Below the pieces are notes generated by a model. It did not search any database. It saw nothing but the letters and a program-made list of their open reading frames with translations, and was not told the origin of the DNA. A DNA stretch of 59,185 nucleotides. It comes from a virus (taxonomy: Duplodnaviria > Caudoviricetes). This document shows, in pieces, positions 28,404-37,900 of the stretch; the stretch's first letter is position 1, and every line of letters begins with the position of its first letter. Position numbers and translations under genes: made by a program. Location of the stretch: positions 1-59,185 of IMG/VR virus record IMGVR_UViG_3300005805_000099; one strand, written 5' to 3'.

Positions 28404-30119
28404 ATGTCTCATACTTTAACCATATCATTTACACCAGTTAGCCCAGCTCCCCCAAATGGATATAGGGTAAAGTATTGGAAGTTGTCTAATCCTGCTTTAG
28501 TAACAACAATATTTCCTAACCCGACAACCTCTCCTATTAATATTACTGTTCCAAATTTTGAATCATATGCTGGAACCGTAGAGGCTAGTTGCACAGGTGG
28601 TACATATTCTACTATACAAAACTGGACTGCTAATGAACAGTTTGTAATGCAGGCTTATGCTATTACTAAAGCTCCAGATCCTGCATTAGGAGCTGGAATA
28701 TGGATTATAAATTCTTACACAGAACCTTTTACAATTATTTGGGGAGACGGTAATACGGACACTTATGGTCCAGGTAATATAAATGTTCCAAGCCATACAT
28801 ACTCTTCTCCGTATACTGGTCCTATCATTATTGAATGTGCTGATTTATCATCCATATGGAAAATGGATATTACTAATGGTGCATTTCCAGCATCTACTTC
28901 TCCAAGACCAATAACCATACAGACTACAGAACTTAGTAAACTAGATGGTTTACTAGAGTTTATAGCAATTGATGCTAGAGTTAGGATTGAAGGTATTATT
29001 TCAGATTTACCATCATCATTAACTAACTATACAAGTACAATTACTAATCTTTCTGGTAATTTAAATACAATGAACCTGCCTAACATAGTTAGGTTTTTAG
29101 TGACGGGTTCTAATACACTAACAGGGGATATAGGAAATTTCTCAAATACTTGTGACGATCTTACAATATTTGGAAACAATACAATTAGTGGAGTGGTAGC
29201 AGATTGGCCAACATCTTTAAAAAACATTTTTATTACTGGTGCAAATCAGTTAAGTGGACTAATCCAGAATGCTCCTCCTAATATGGAAGAGATTTATATT
29301 CTTGGAAATAACTTTATTGGAGGAACAATTCAATCTATGGCTTGTCCTAATATAGAGTTGATACAAGTTCAAGGAGCAACTACAATTGGAGGTAGTATAA
29401 ATACCTTTACTACTAATACTAATTTTGCCAATCTTAAGCGTTTAATACTAATAGGATCAAACACGGTAGGAGGAAACATAGCCAACTTTAACACAGGAAT
29501 TGAGTATATTCAGATGGAGGGAAATAACACATTATCAGGTAATATAGAAGATTTACCAGGTACTGTAGAATGGTTTAGAGCATGGGGAAATAACACCATT
29601 GCAGGAAATATTGATAATGGTCTTCCTACTGGTATCACAAATCTTTATGTTATAGGTGGTGGAGTGATTACAGGTGACACTGATAATTTAGCGGGATTCT
29701 ATCCTGCTATGACTCAGTTTTCTGTTATTGGACCTACAACTTTAACTGGAGACATGGCTAATCTTCCATCTACTCTTACAACATTTAGCATTGGGGGAAC
29801 TAGTCATACAATGACTGGAGATATAGCTGCTTGTCCTGCCATATTAAACTATTTATATTTAAGTGTAGGTAATTTAAACACAACTACATACACGGCATTT
29901 CCTAAAGTATGGGCTAGTATAATGGTAGAAATTTATTTAAGAAGAAGTCCAAGTTATACATCTACAGAACTTGATAATCTTTTCATTGATTGGGATAACA
30001 GCACTACTTCGTGGGGAGGTTCTAAATTTATTAATGTACAAGGAACAGTTACAGCAGCTAGTTTGGCTGCCCGTAATTCATTGATTACTAAAGGTGTAAC
30101 AATTAATATAATTCCATAA
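28404..30119 (+). CDS. Fn3 + PKD-like + LRR/beta-solenoid adhesin
   Basis: Fn3 N-terminus; IIWGDGNTDTY...HTYS PKD motif; about 22-24-aa repeats of GxNTLxGxIxxLPxxL. Confidence 0.65.
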   Translation: MSHTLTISFTPVSPAPPNGYRVKYWKLSNPALVTTIFPNPTTSPINITVPNFESYAGTVEASCTGGTYSTIQNWTANEQFVMQAYAITKAPDPALGAGIWIINSYTEPFTIIWGDGNTDTYGPGNINVPSHTYSSPYTGPIIIECADLSSIWKMDITNGAFPASTSPRPITIQTTELSKLDGLLEFIAIDARVRIEGIISDLPSSLTNYTSTITNLSGNLNTMNLPNIVRFLVTGSNTLTGDIGNFSNTCDDLTIFGNNTISGVVADWPTSLKNIFITGANQLSGLIQNAPPNMEEIYILGNNFIGGTIQSMACPNIELIQVQGATTIGGSINTFTTNTNFANLKRLILIGSNTVGGNIANFNTGIEYIQMEGNNTLSGNIEDLPGTVEWFRAWGNNTIAGNIDNGLPTGITNLYVIGGGVITGDTDNLAGFYPAMTQFSVIGPTTLTGDMANLPSTLTTFSIGGTSHTMTGDIAACPAILNYLYLSVGNLNTTTYTAFPKVWASIMVEIYLRRSPSYTSTELDNLFIDWDNSTTSWGGSKFINVQGTVTAASLAARNSLITKGVTINIIP

Positions 30120-30129
30120 CTCTATATAG

Positions 30130-30741
30130 ATGGCTTATACACTGAATATAAATTTTCCTCCTACTGTTCCAGCTCCGGCTTTGGGATACAGGGTGAGGTA
30201 TTGGCCTGTTAGTAATCCTGCAAGTATTAGTACGTTAGTTGTAGCAGCACCTCCTGCTGTAGTAATAGGTCTTACAGAATTCCAATATGCTGGGGATGTT
30301 TCGGTTATATGTGGTCTTAATAATTATGGACCTCTTGTTCCATTTAATGTTACAGCCACTGGTCCTTTAACGTCCACTCTTACATTTGTAGGATATGCTG
30401 CTGGTGAGTTTACATTCTCTTTAAGTAATACACTAACCGTACCTCTTACAATAGAGCAGGCTAGTGTTGATGGGTTTGATAATTTTTTCTGTGGAATAGG
30501 AGGTGGGGTATCACTTGATATACTTTTTTCTCCTAACTATTTAACTATTCCTGCTGGATTAAGTGTAGGATATCAAACCGGTGCTGGATTTGGATGTTCA
30601 ATACTAGCTTATAAAAGAGGCTCTCAGATTAAGATAGCTGGTAATCCTGCTATATTATCAAATGGTAGTACCTTTTCAATAGGAGGTACAACTGTAACAG
30701 TAGCTATTGATACAGCTAATTGTGACCCGTATGCATGTTAA
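30130..30741 (+). CDS. Fn3-like protein with variable C-terminal domain
   Basis: LNINFPP..PAPALGYRVRYWPVSNP, paralogous to the two preceding N-termini. Confidence 0.55.
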   Translation: MAYTLNINFPPTVPAPALGYRVRYWPVSNPASISTLVVAAPPAVVIGLTEFQYAGDVSVICGLNNYGPLVPFNVTATGPLTSTLTFVGYAAGEFTFSLSNTLTVPLTIEQASVDGFDNFFCGIGGGVSLDILFSPNYLTIPAGLSVGYQTGAGFGCSILAYKRGSQIKIAGNPAILSNGSTFSIGGTTVTVAIDTANCDPYAC

Positions 30742-30753
30742 CTTAATTAAAAC

Positions 30754-30774
30754 GGAGGTTTGTTGGTTCCCTCC
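30754..30774 (+). other. Hairpin with a loop antisense to the AACCAACAAA leader motif
   Basis: GGAGG-TTTGTTGGTTC-CCTCC. Confidence 0.4.
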
Positions 30775-30780
30775 AATACA

Positions 30781-30816
30781 AACCCCTGGTGTTTCTACAT
30801 CGGGGGTTGTTTTTAT
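30781..30816 (+). terminator. Rho-independent terminator
   Basis: AACCCCTGGTGT-TTCT-ACATCGGGGGTT followed by GTTTTTAT. Confidence 0.8.
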
Positions 30817-30863
30817 AAAAAAGAATAGTTACCTTTAACAGATGCTTACTAATCCTTTACAAT

Positions 30864-32069
30864 ATGAGTTTATTAAACCGTGTCCATTCTACGTTAAAAT
30901 GGAAAAAATCAGATGAGTATTGTGCAGAGAAACTGGGAATTGATATTAACAAGTATAAGAAACTAAAAGCAAAGGTTCTACATTTAGAAAGGGATGATGT
31001 GAATGATATCCCTGACCAAGAAAAAGTATTTGAGTATAAGCAGAACCTAGATGATGGTACTGCTGAAATTAAAGGGGTGGCTTTCTCAGAGCCCAAAAGC
31101 CCCGAAGAAATAATTAAACTATTAAAGATTGACACAAAGACCTGGCGGTTGTCTAACTACTGGAATAAAGAGACTGGTAGTGGCAAGTGGATAGTGTCTG
31201 CTTTAGTAACAAAGATTAAGAAAGAACCTGTAGATGTATTAGCCCAGGTACTAAAAGATTTCAAACCAAAGTACCAGCCTATTCATAAAGTGTTGATTAA
31301 CAATAAGTTCAATGAAAAGGTGGTGGGTGTCTTGTCTGTACAAGACTTACATTTTGGGAAAGAGAACAACACAGCTATTGTAGAAAACTTTAAAGCTGCT
31401 ATAGAAAACTTAATACACCGGTCTTATATGGTTCATAACCTTGATAAGATAGTGTATGTATTTGGTGGGGATCTTTTAAACATGGACACCTTTAATGGAA
31501 CTACTACATCAGGTACACCGGTGGATAACAGTCAGAGAGCTTACGAAGCTTATAAGGATGCTTTTGATGCTTTGTATTGGTCTATTAACTATATCAAACA
31601 GTTTTGTAATGAACTCACTGTAGTGTACGTTCCTGGTAACCATGACCGTCTAAGTTCTTACCACATGGCCCATGCTTTAGAAAAATGCTTTAGTAGAAAA
31701 GATGGTGTAATCTTTAAGGCTGATTACTCTGAAAGAAAGGTGATAACCTTTGGCTGTAACTTTTTTGCCTTTGAGCATGGGGATGTAACCAAAAAGAATA
31801 CACCTTTAGTATATGCTACAGAGTTTCCCACTCAATGGGGGAACACCACTTACAGAACTTGTTACACTGGGCATTTCCATAGTAAGAAGACAACAGAGTA
31901 TATCACTGAGAACGAACATAATGGTTTTAGTATTAAACATCTTCCCAGTCTTTGTTCTACAGATTATTGGCACTACCACAATAAGTACATTGGTGCTAAA
32001 CGTCAAGCTATTATAGAATGCCATAGTGAGAATTATGGTAAGGTATCTGAATTTATCTATACAGTATAA
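30864..32069 (+). CDS. Calcineurin-like metallophosphoesterase
   Basis: DLHFG, GGDLLN, PGNHD, EHGD and GHFH metal-binding motifs; N-terminal HTH-like segment. Confidence 0.85.
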   Translation: MSLLNRVHSTLKWKKSDEYCAEKLGIDINKYKKLKAKVLHLERDDVNDIPDQEKVFEYKQNLDDGTAEIKGVAFSEPKSPEEIIKLLKIDTKTWRLSNYWNKETGSGKWIVSALVTKIKKEPVDVLAQVLKDFKPKYQPIHKVLINNKFNEKVVGVLSVQDLHFGKENNTAIVENFKAAIENLIHRSYMVHNLDKIVYVFGGDLLNMDTFNGTTTSGTPVDNSQRAYEAYKDAFDALYWSINYIKQFCNELTVVYVPGNHDRLSSYHMAHALEKCFSRKDGVIFKADYSERKVITFGCNFFAFEHGDVTKKNTPLVYATEFPTQWGNTTYRTCYTGHFHSKKTTEYITENEHNGFSIKHLPSLCSTDYWHYHNKYIGAKRQAIIECHSENYGKVSEFIYTV

Positions 32070-32122
32070 ACTTTTAAAGTTTAAGCTTGAAACCTCAGAA
32101 ATTTTTTGTAAATTATAATGTA
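32067..32122 (+). promoter_or_regulatory. Perfect palindromic box plus late-promoter-like motif
   Basis: TAAACTTTTAAAGTTTA (32067-32083); GTAAATTATAATGTA (32108-32122). Confidence 0.65.
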
Positions 32123-32127
32123 GCAAA

Positions 32128-32715
32128 GTGTCAAAACAGTATAAGAAACCTGACCTAACTGCTCCTAGATTTAGGCCAAAAAAGCTAAGTCTTAACAATC
32201 TGGATTCCTATGGGAAGTTTATAAAGGAGAACCCTAAGCATGCCCATATTACTCCAGATCAGTTTAAGGAAGTGATTAAGAAGTTTAATGGTAAAATTTG
32301 GGAAACCGTAATAACTGATAGAGATGGGATTGAATTACCTGAGCAACTTGGATATATATTTATTGGGAGCTGCCCAAGGAAAGTATACGATAATACTGAC
32401 TACAAAAAATCCGAAGGTCTTGGGTTTAAAGTCCAAAACCAAAACTGGGAGAGTGATCAATTTGTAGCCAAGATTTTTTATACTAACTACGAGACTAAGT
32501 ATAGGTTTAAACATCATGAGCTTTGGGGGTTTTCAGGAGTGAGAGATTTTAAAAGGGCAGTGGCTAAAGCTTACCCAACAGATTGGAAGAAGTACGTTCA
32601 GATTGACAACCTTACTAAAATCTCAAAACTGTTTAGAAAAGAAAAACAGAAACAGCTTTATAAAGAGGAGTCGGATAAGATGTTAAAAGATTATGATGAA
32701 TTTAATTTAGATTAA
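32128..32715 (+). CDS. IHF/HU-like protein (crAss-like tail module)
   Basis: GTG start; FKEVIKKFNGKIWETV..DRDGIELPEQLGYIFI; synteny upstream of the tail ring genes. Confidence 0.55.
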   Translation: MSKQYKKPDLTAPRFRPKKLSLNNLDSYGKFIKENPKHAHITPDQFKEVIKKFNGKIWETVITDRDGIELPEQLGYIFIGSCPRKVYDNTDYKKSEGLGFKVQNQNWESDQFVAKIFYTNYETKYRFKHHELWGFSGVRDFKRAVAKAYPTDWKKYVQIDNLTKISKLFRKEKQKQLYKEESDKMLKDYDEFNLD

Positions 32716-32716
32716 A

Positions 32717-33397
32717 ATGCCTAGAACAACCACTATAGGAAACGTAGTCTCTAGACTTAGAGATATCATAAAAGCTACTAAACAGGATGCTTTTATTACT
32801 AATCGGTTTATATACAACTTAGTTTTAAAGTACGGGCATATGCTGATGAGAAGAGAAGATGGAAAGAATAAGCTTCTTTCTTTTTCTTCTGCTATACAAT
32901 CACTAGATGCTATAGAGTTAATTGAGGTGGACAAGATTGAAGCTTGCTGTGTAGGAGTAAAATCTGGGTGTACTATTAAACGTACTAAAGAAAAAGTTCC
33001 TTTATTTATGGAAGGATACTATGGGCCGTTGGTTAGAAGTATTACTTCTGTAGACGGATCAGAAGAACTCCAACCTACCATTCCTAGTTCTTATTTGCAG
33101 ATAACTAACTCAAGTACCTTTAAATATAACAAGAGTAAATACTTCTGGTATTTAAATGAATACTTATACTTTCCAGATTTAGAATGGGACTTTGTTAGAA
33201 TTGAAGGTATATTCCAAGATGACGTTGCTGGATTTACTTGTTCAAAAAAGGATGATTGCATAAGTCGTCTTGACCAATCTATAAGTATTCCAGACTATCT
33301 TTTATCAGATGTTGAGAATCTAGTTATGAAGGATTTAAGCTTGATGATTCAGATTCCTCCAGATACTACTAATGATAAACAAAGTACCCTTAGATAA
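32717..33397 (+). CDS. Tail ring/structural protein (crAss-like)
   Basis: Synteny; KYFWYLNEYLYFP...VRIEGIF motif. Confidence 0.55.
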   Translation: MPRTTTIGNVVSRLRDIIKATKQDAFITNRFIYNLVLKYGHMLMRREDGKNKLLSFSSAIQSLDAIELIEVDKIEACCVGVKSGCTIKRTKEKVPLFMEGYYGPLVRSITSVDGSEELQPTIPSSYLQITNSSTFKYNKSKYFWYLNEYLYFPDLEWDFVRIEGIFQDDVAGFTCSKKDDCISRLDQSISIPDYLLSDVENLVMKDLSLMIQIPPDTTNDKQSTLR

Positions 33398-34293
33398 TGA
33401 ATACCGAACTTAAATATAAAACATTTGACCAGCTTCTTTCAGAGGTGGCCGTTGACTTTACAATGTTCAACACTGAAGGTATGTTGGAACCTGCTCAGCT
33501 TATTAAGGTGGCCCAAAGAGTTACATATGATTTGGGTTTAAGAATTAATATGACTAAGGAGGTTGTGCTAGATATCTGTAACAGAAAGACAAAGCTGCCA
33601 GATGACTTTTACGTTTTGAACTATGCTTTCCTTTGTGGTAAGCATGTACGGTATGAACCTAGGATGAGTGGAAGGCACACTGAAAACATTATACTAGATA
33701 ATACCCAGTGTACTAAATGCGGAAGCCCTGATTTAACCTGTAGCTGTCAAGCTACGTACACTGTAGAATGTAAGACTGGTGAAAACATATTTGTACAGGT
33801 GGTAGAGAAGAGGTATCAAGATGTTACCGTTTACACAGACTTTTCTAGAATATACATAAAGCAGCCTAATTCAACAGGTCGTATTGATGCTACTGATAAT
33901 AGCTTTCCTTCTGGGTATATTAAGAATGGATTCTTGTACACAAACATGGAGAATGATGCTAAGCTGTTTCTTTCCTATCAAGGGGCTTTAGAAGATGATG
34001 AAGGCAACCTTCTTGTACTAGAGCATCCTATGATTAATGAATACTATGAGTATGCTCTTAAGCAACGTATACTTGAGAACATGTTGATGAATGGGGAAGA
34101 TGTAGGTCAACGTATCCAGATTATTGAACAAAGACTAAGAGCTGCTAGGAATAATGCATTAAGTATTGTAAACACTCCTAACTTCTCTGAGATGAAAGAG
34201 CTTTGGGAAATGAACAGAAAAGCTCAGTATTCTAAGTATTATGACATGTTTAAGAACTATGAATTTGTTAGCTGGGTGAGACCAATCCGTTAA
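33397..34293 (+). CDS. Tail tubular/ring protein (P22 gp4-like)
   Basis: KTKLPDDF, GYIKNGFLYTN, LSYQGALEDDEGNLLV; precedes the tail stabilisation gene. Confidence 0.65.
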   Translation: MNTELKYKTFDQLLSEVAVDFTMFNTEGMLEPAQLIKVAQRVTYDLGLRINMTKEVVLDICNRKTKLPDDFYVLNYAFLCGKHVRYEPRMSGRHTENIILDNTQCTKCGSPDLTCSCQATYTVECKTGENIFVQVVEKRYQDVTVYTDFSRIYIKQPNSTGRIDATDNSFPSGYIKNGFLYTNMENDAKLFLSYQGALEDDEGNLLVLEHPMINEYYEYALKQRILENMLMNGEDVGQRIQIIEQRLRAARNNALSIVNTPNFSEMKELWEMNRKAQYSKYYDMFKNYEFVSWVRPIR

Positions 34294-34295
34294 TT

Positions 34296-34979
34296 ATGTA
34301 TAAACTAGACCATAAGTTAAAAGTTAAGTCTGAAGATCTTATCTACCATATGCATGAGTTTGATGTAGATCTTGAGAGTAATCACATCTATCTTATGGGA
34401 GTGGATAGGGGATATGAGGTGGTGCCTGATGTACATGAACCGGGTATTGAATTTGTAGTTGCTAATAGGTTTATTAGGAATATCAATTTGTGTATGAGGG
34501 TAAACCCTGGTAAGCCAATTGTTATTCATATGAAGACGTGTGGTGGTATGTGGGAAGAAGGGATGGCTATCTATGATGCTATTAAAGCTTGTCCTTCCCA
34601 GGTGACTATTCTTAATTACACTCATGCCAGGTCTATGTCTAGTTTAATATTCCAGGCTGCTGATAAAAGAGTGATGATGCCTCATAGTATATTCATGTAT
34701 CATGATGGCACCTATGGTATAGAGGGTACTTATAAACAAGTTAAAGCCACCATAGATTTTGACAAACGTACAGAAGGAATAATGCTTGGTATATATGCTG
34801 AGAGAATGAACGAACAGGGATCTATGGCTGGTCAAGGGGCATCTAAGATTAAAAAGTTTCTTAGATATCAGATGGATAAAAAAGAGGATGTGTTTCTTAC
34901 AGCTGAGCAAACAGTAGAACTGGGGTTAGCTGATGAGATATTTAATTATGATTGGACAAGTTTAAGTAAATATAAGTAA
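34296..34979 (+). CDS. clpP: ClpP-family (S14) serine protease
   Basis: TCGGMWEEGMAIYDAI, catalytic Ser in ARSMSS, His in FMYH, Asp in EDVFLTAEQTVELGLADEI. Confidence 0.85.
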   Translation: MYKLDHKLKVKSEDLIYHMHEFDVDLESNHIYLMGVDRGYEVVPDVHEPGIEFVVANRFIRNINLCMRVNPGKPIVIHMKTCGGMWEEGMAIYDAIKACPSQVTILNYTHARSMSSLIFQAADKRVMMPHSIFMYHDGTYGIEGTYKQVKATIDFDKRTEGIMLGIYAERMNEQGSMAGQGASKIKKFLRYQMDKKEDVFLTAEQTVELGLADEIFNYDWTSLSKYK

Positions 34980-34981
34980 AC

Positions 34982-37900
34982 ATGGCTGAGAACGAATCAT
35001 CTGTTGGTGGGGCAGCCGGAGCTGTAACTAATACCTTTAATAAAGGATTATTCAAAGATTACAATGACACCTTTGTAGGAGATGGAATGTGGACTCATGC
35101 CCGTAACGGTGTGAATAACAATGATGAAGGACAGGTGGGAGTCATTGGTAATGAACCAGCTAACTTATTCTGTGTTGATCTTCCTTATACTATGATTGGT
35201 TATATCCATATGGATAAAGACCAATGGGCTATCTATACTACTGATGATACTAATTCTGAGATTGGAATATTTGATGAGTCTGATTGTACCTATACAAAGG
35301 TTATTAATGATCCGTGTTTAAACTTTAAACGTACCAATCTTATTACTGGAGCTTACAGAAAGAGATTTGATTGCAGACGTCAGCTTTATTGGGATGATGG
35401 GCTGAACCCTACAAGAATACTGAACATAGATGACATTCCCTACATATGTACTCCAGTTACACAAACAGTCACAATTGACTTTTATAACTATCTTATAGAA
35501 AGAAGAGCGGCTCCTATTCCTTGTGGACAGGGCTTTGGTGTAAACGGTGGAAACCAAGGCAACTTTACATACACTGTAGGATTAAGTGAAGAGATGGGAG
35601 TGGTAACATTAAATTTTAATGCTTATGATGTTCCAGATAGGTGTCAAGTAATATTTGATGGTGTCACTGTAATAGATACAGGTTTTAGAGGACAAAGTAG
35701 TTTTAATAGTGCATTAGCTGCTGCTGGTTATCCACCTGTTACAGGACCTGGAAGTGGAGTGTGGACATTTAATAAATTTACCACTACTAGTACGTGTACT
35801 GTAATTGTTACGGCTCCATTAAGTGGAACAGTATGGAATGCTAGTCTTAGCTGTCCTGTAAGAAATGGTAATACACCTCCCCAACCTCCGGCTCCAAGCA
35901 CTCCTCCTAGAGTTTACTATAATGACATTAACAATGCTCAGCAGTTTGTAGAATTAAACTTTGGACAAAGCACTACAGTTTGTGCTGATCCAGCTTCTAT
36001 AGTGGAAACTAATCCAGGGGAGTATATTATTACAAGACAAACTGCTTGTGGATCTGGTACTTTTATAGTGACCCCTCCAGGAGATTGTGGTACATTTAAT
36101 TGCGGTCCTTTAGATTGTGAAGCATTAAGAATAGCCCCATTAGTAAAGCAACCTTGTCTTCGTTTAGAAAAAGGTAGAGTGGGTGGGACACTTGCTAACG
36201 GTATATATCAAGTGGCTATAGCTTATTTGATAGATGGTATTAAGCTTACAGATTATATTGGACTAACTGAGGCTCAGCCGATATGGAGCCATGAAAATAC
36301 TAGTGGATCATTAGAACTTATAGTGGAAGATATTGATAGAGACTTTAGTGAGTTTGATTTAGTAGTTCTTTCAAATATAAATAATAATACTACAGCTAAA
36401 AGAATTGGTACCTATTCAACTTCTCAAGGAACAATTTATATAGATAGGATACCTAGTGGTGATGTTGGTACAGTTCCTATTGACCAATTATCAATTAGAA
36501 CAGAGCCTATTGAAAAGTCTGATTCAATGTGGCCTCTTAACCAGTATCTAACTAGAGTGGGTACTTATTCTAAGTATAAGTTTAACTACCAAATACAGGC
36601 TAATCAAATTGTTACTAGGTGGGTGGCTGTTGAATATCCAGCTGATTATTATAAGAAGGGTGGGAATAACACTGGGTATATGAGAGATGAAGTATATGCC
36701 TTTTTTATTAGATGGATATACAATACAGGATATAAATCTGAAAGCTATCATATACCGGGTAGAGCAGCTGATGCTATTGATACCACACTTGACTGGTCAG
36801 ATGATGCTTATGAAGCTACTACAACTGGTGCTATTATGCCTGCTTGGAAAGTTAGAAATACAGGCAGGGTGGAAAGTACAGCTACATCTACACTAAGAGA
36901 TGGAGGTAGAGTGATAGCTACTGGTAAGATGGCCTATTGGCAATCCACTGAATTATATCCTTCTGATAGGAATGATGTATGGGGAGACTTGTGCGGTACA
37001 CCCATTAGACATCATAAGATGCCTGATGAAACGGTAGAACCTTTTACTAATGCCCTTAATACTTACACTCAGAACGGAACTTATATTAGTTTATTAGGAG
37101 TACAGTTTAGTAATATCACTCATCCACTTGATGCTAATGGTAACCCTGATCCATCTATTGTAGGATTTGAAATACTTAGAGGTTCTCGTGAAGGAAACAA
37201 ATCTATTATTGCTAAGGGATTGTTTAATAACATGAGGGAGTATACTGTTCCTGGTAACTCTAGTGTAAAAGGATTATTCCAGAACTACCCTTATAATGAT
37301 TTGAATCCTGATCCATTTCTTACTCCTCAAGTTCAAGATGGTGATAATGGGCAAGCTAATCCAAGTAGTACTTTAATGGGAGGAGTATTAAAAAATACAT
37401 TTTCTTTTCATGGTCCTGATACAACTTTTGTTAATCCATATCTTTCTATTAATGAAATAAAGATATATGGTAACGCATATGGTAAATCTCAAGGAACATT
37501 TGAACTCCCTTATAAACATCCTAAGTTTAGACAGCTTACAGATGTAGTAAAAATAGTTACTGATATTTTAGGTTTAATTGATAAGATTGGTATAATTGGA
37601 AATATTTTAAATAGTGGTGGAAGCAGTGGTAAAAAAACAGTTTTTACTGGTACAGAAACTTTTCCAGCACAATTTGATTTTGCAGGACCAAGTGAATTTC
37701 CAAAATGGAGAGGAGGGGGAGATACATTTGGCTTAATAGCATCAACTGCTGCTTTTGCAGCCGAGGTACTTATATGGGCATCTCAAGCACTTGCTTATGG
37801 ATATTTTGAATTAGAAATGGCTAATGCTAGAAAACAAAAGATATTAGACATTTTTAAAGCTTTAGTGCCTTTTAGAAACTATGCTACACAATATATGTCT

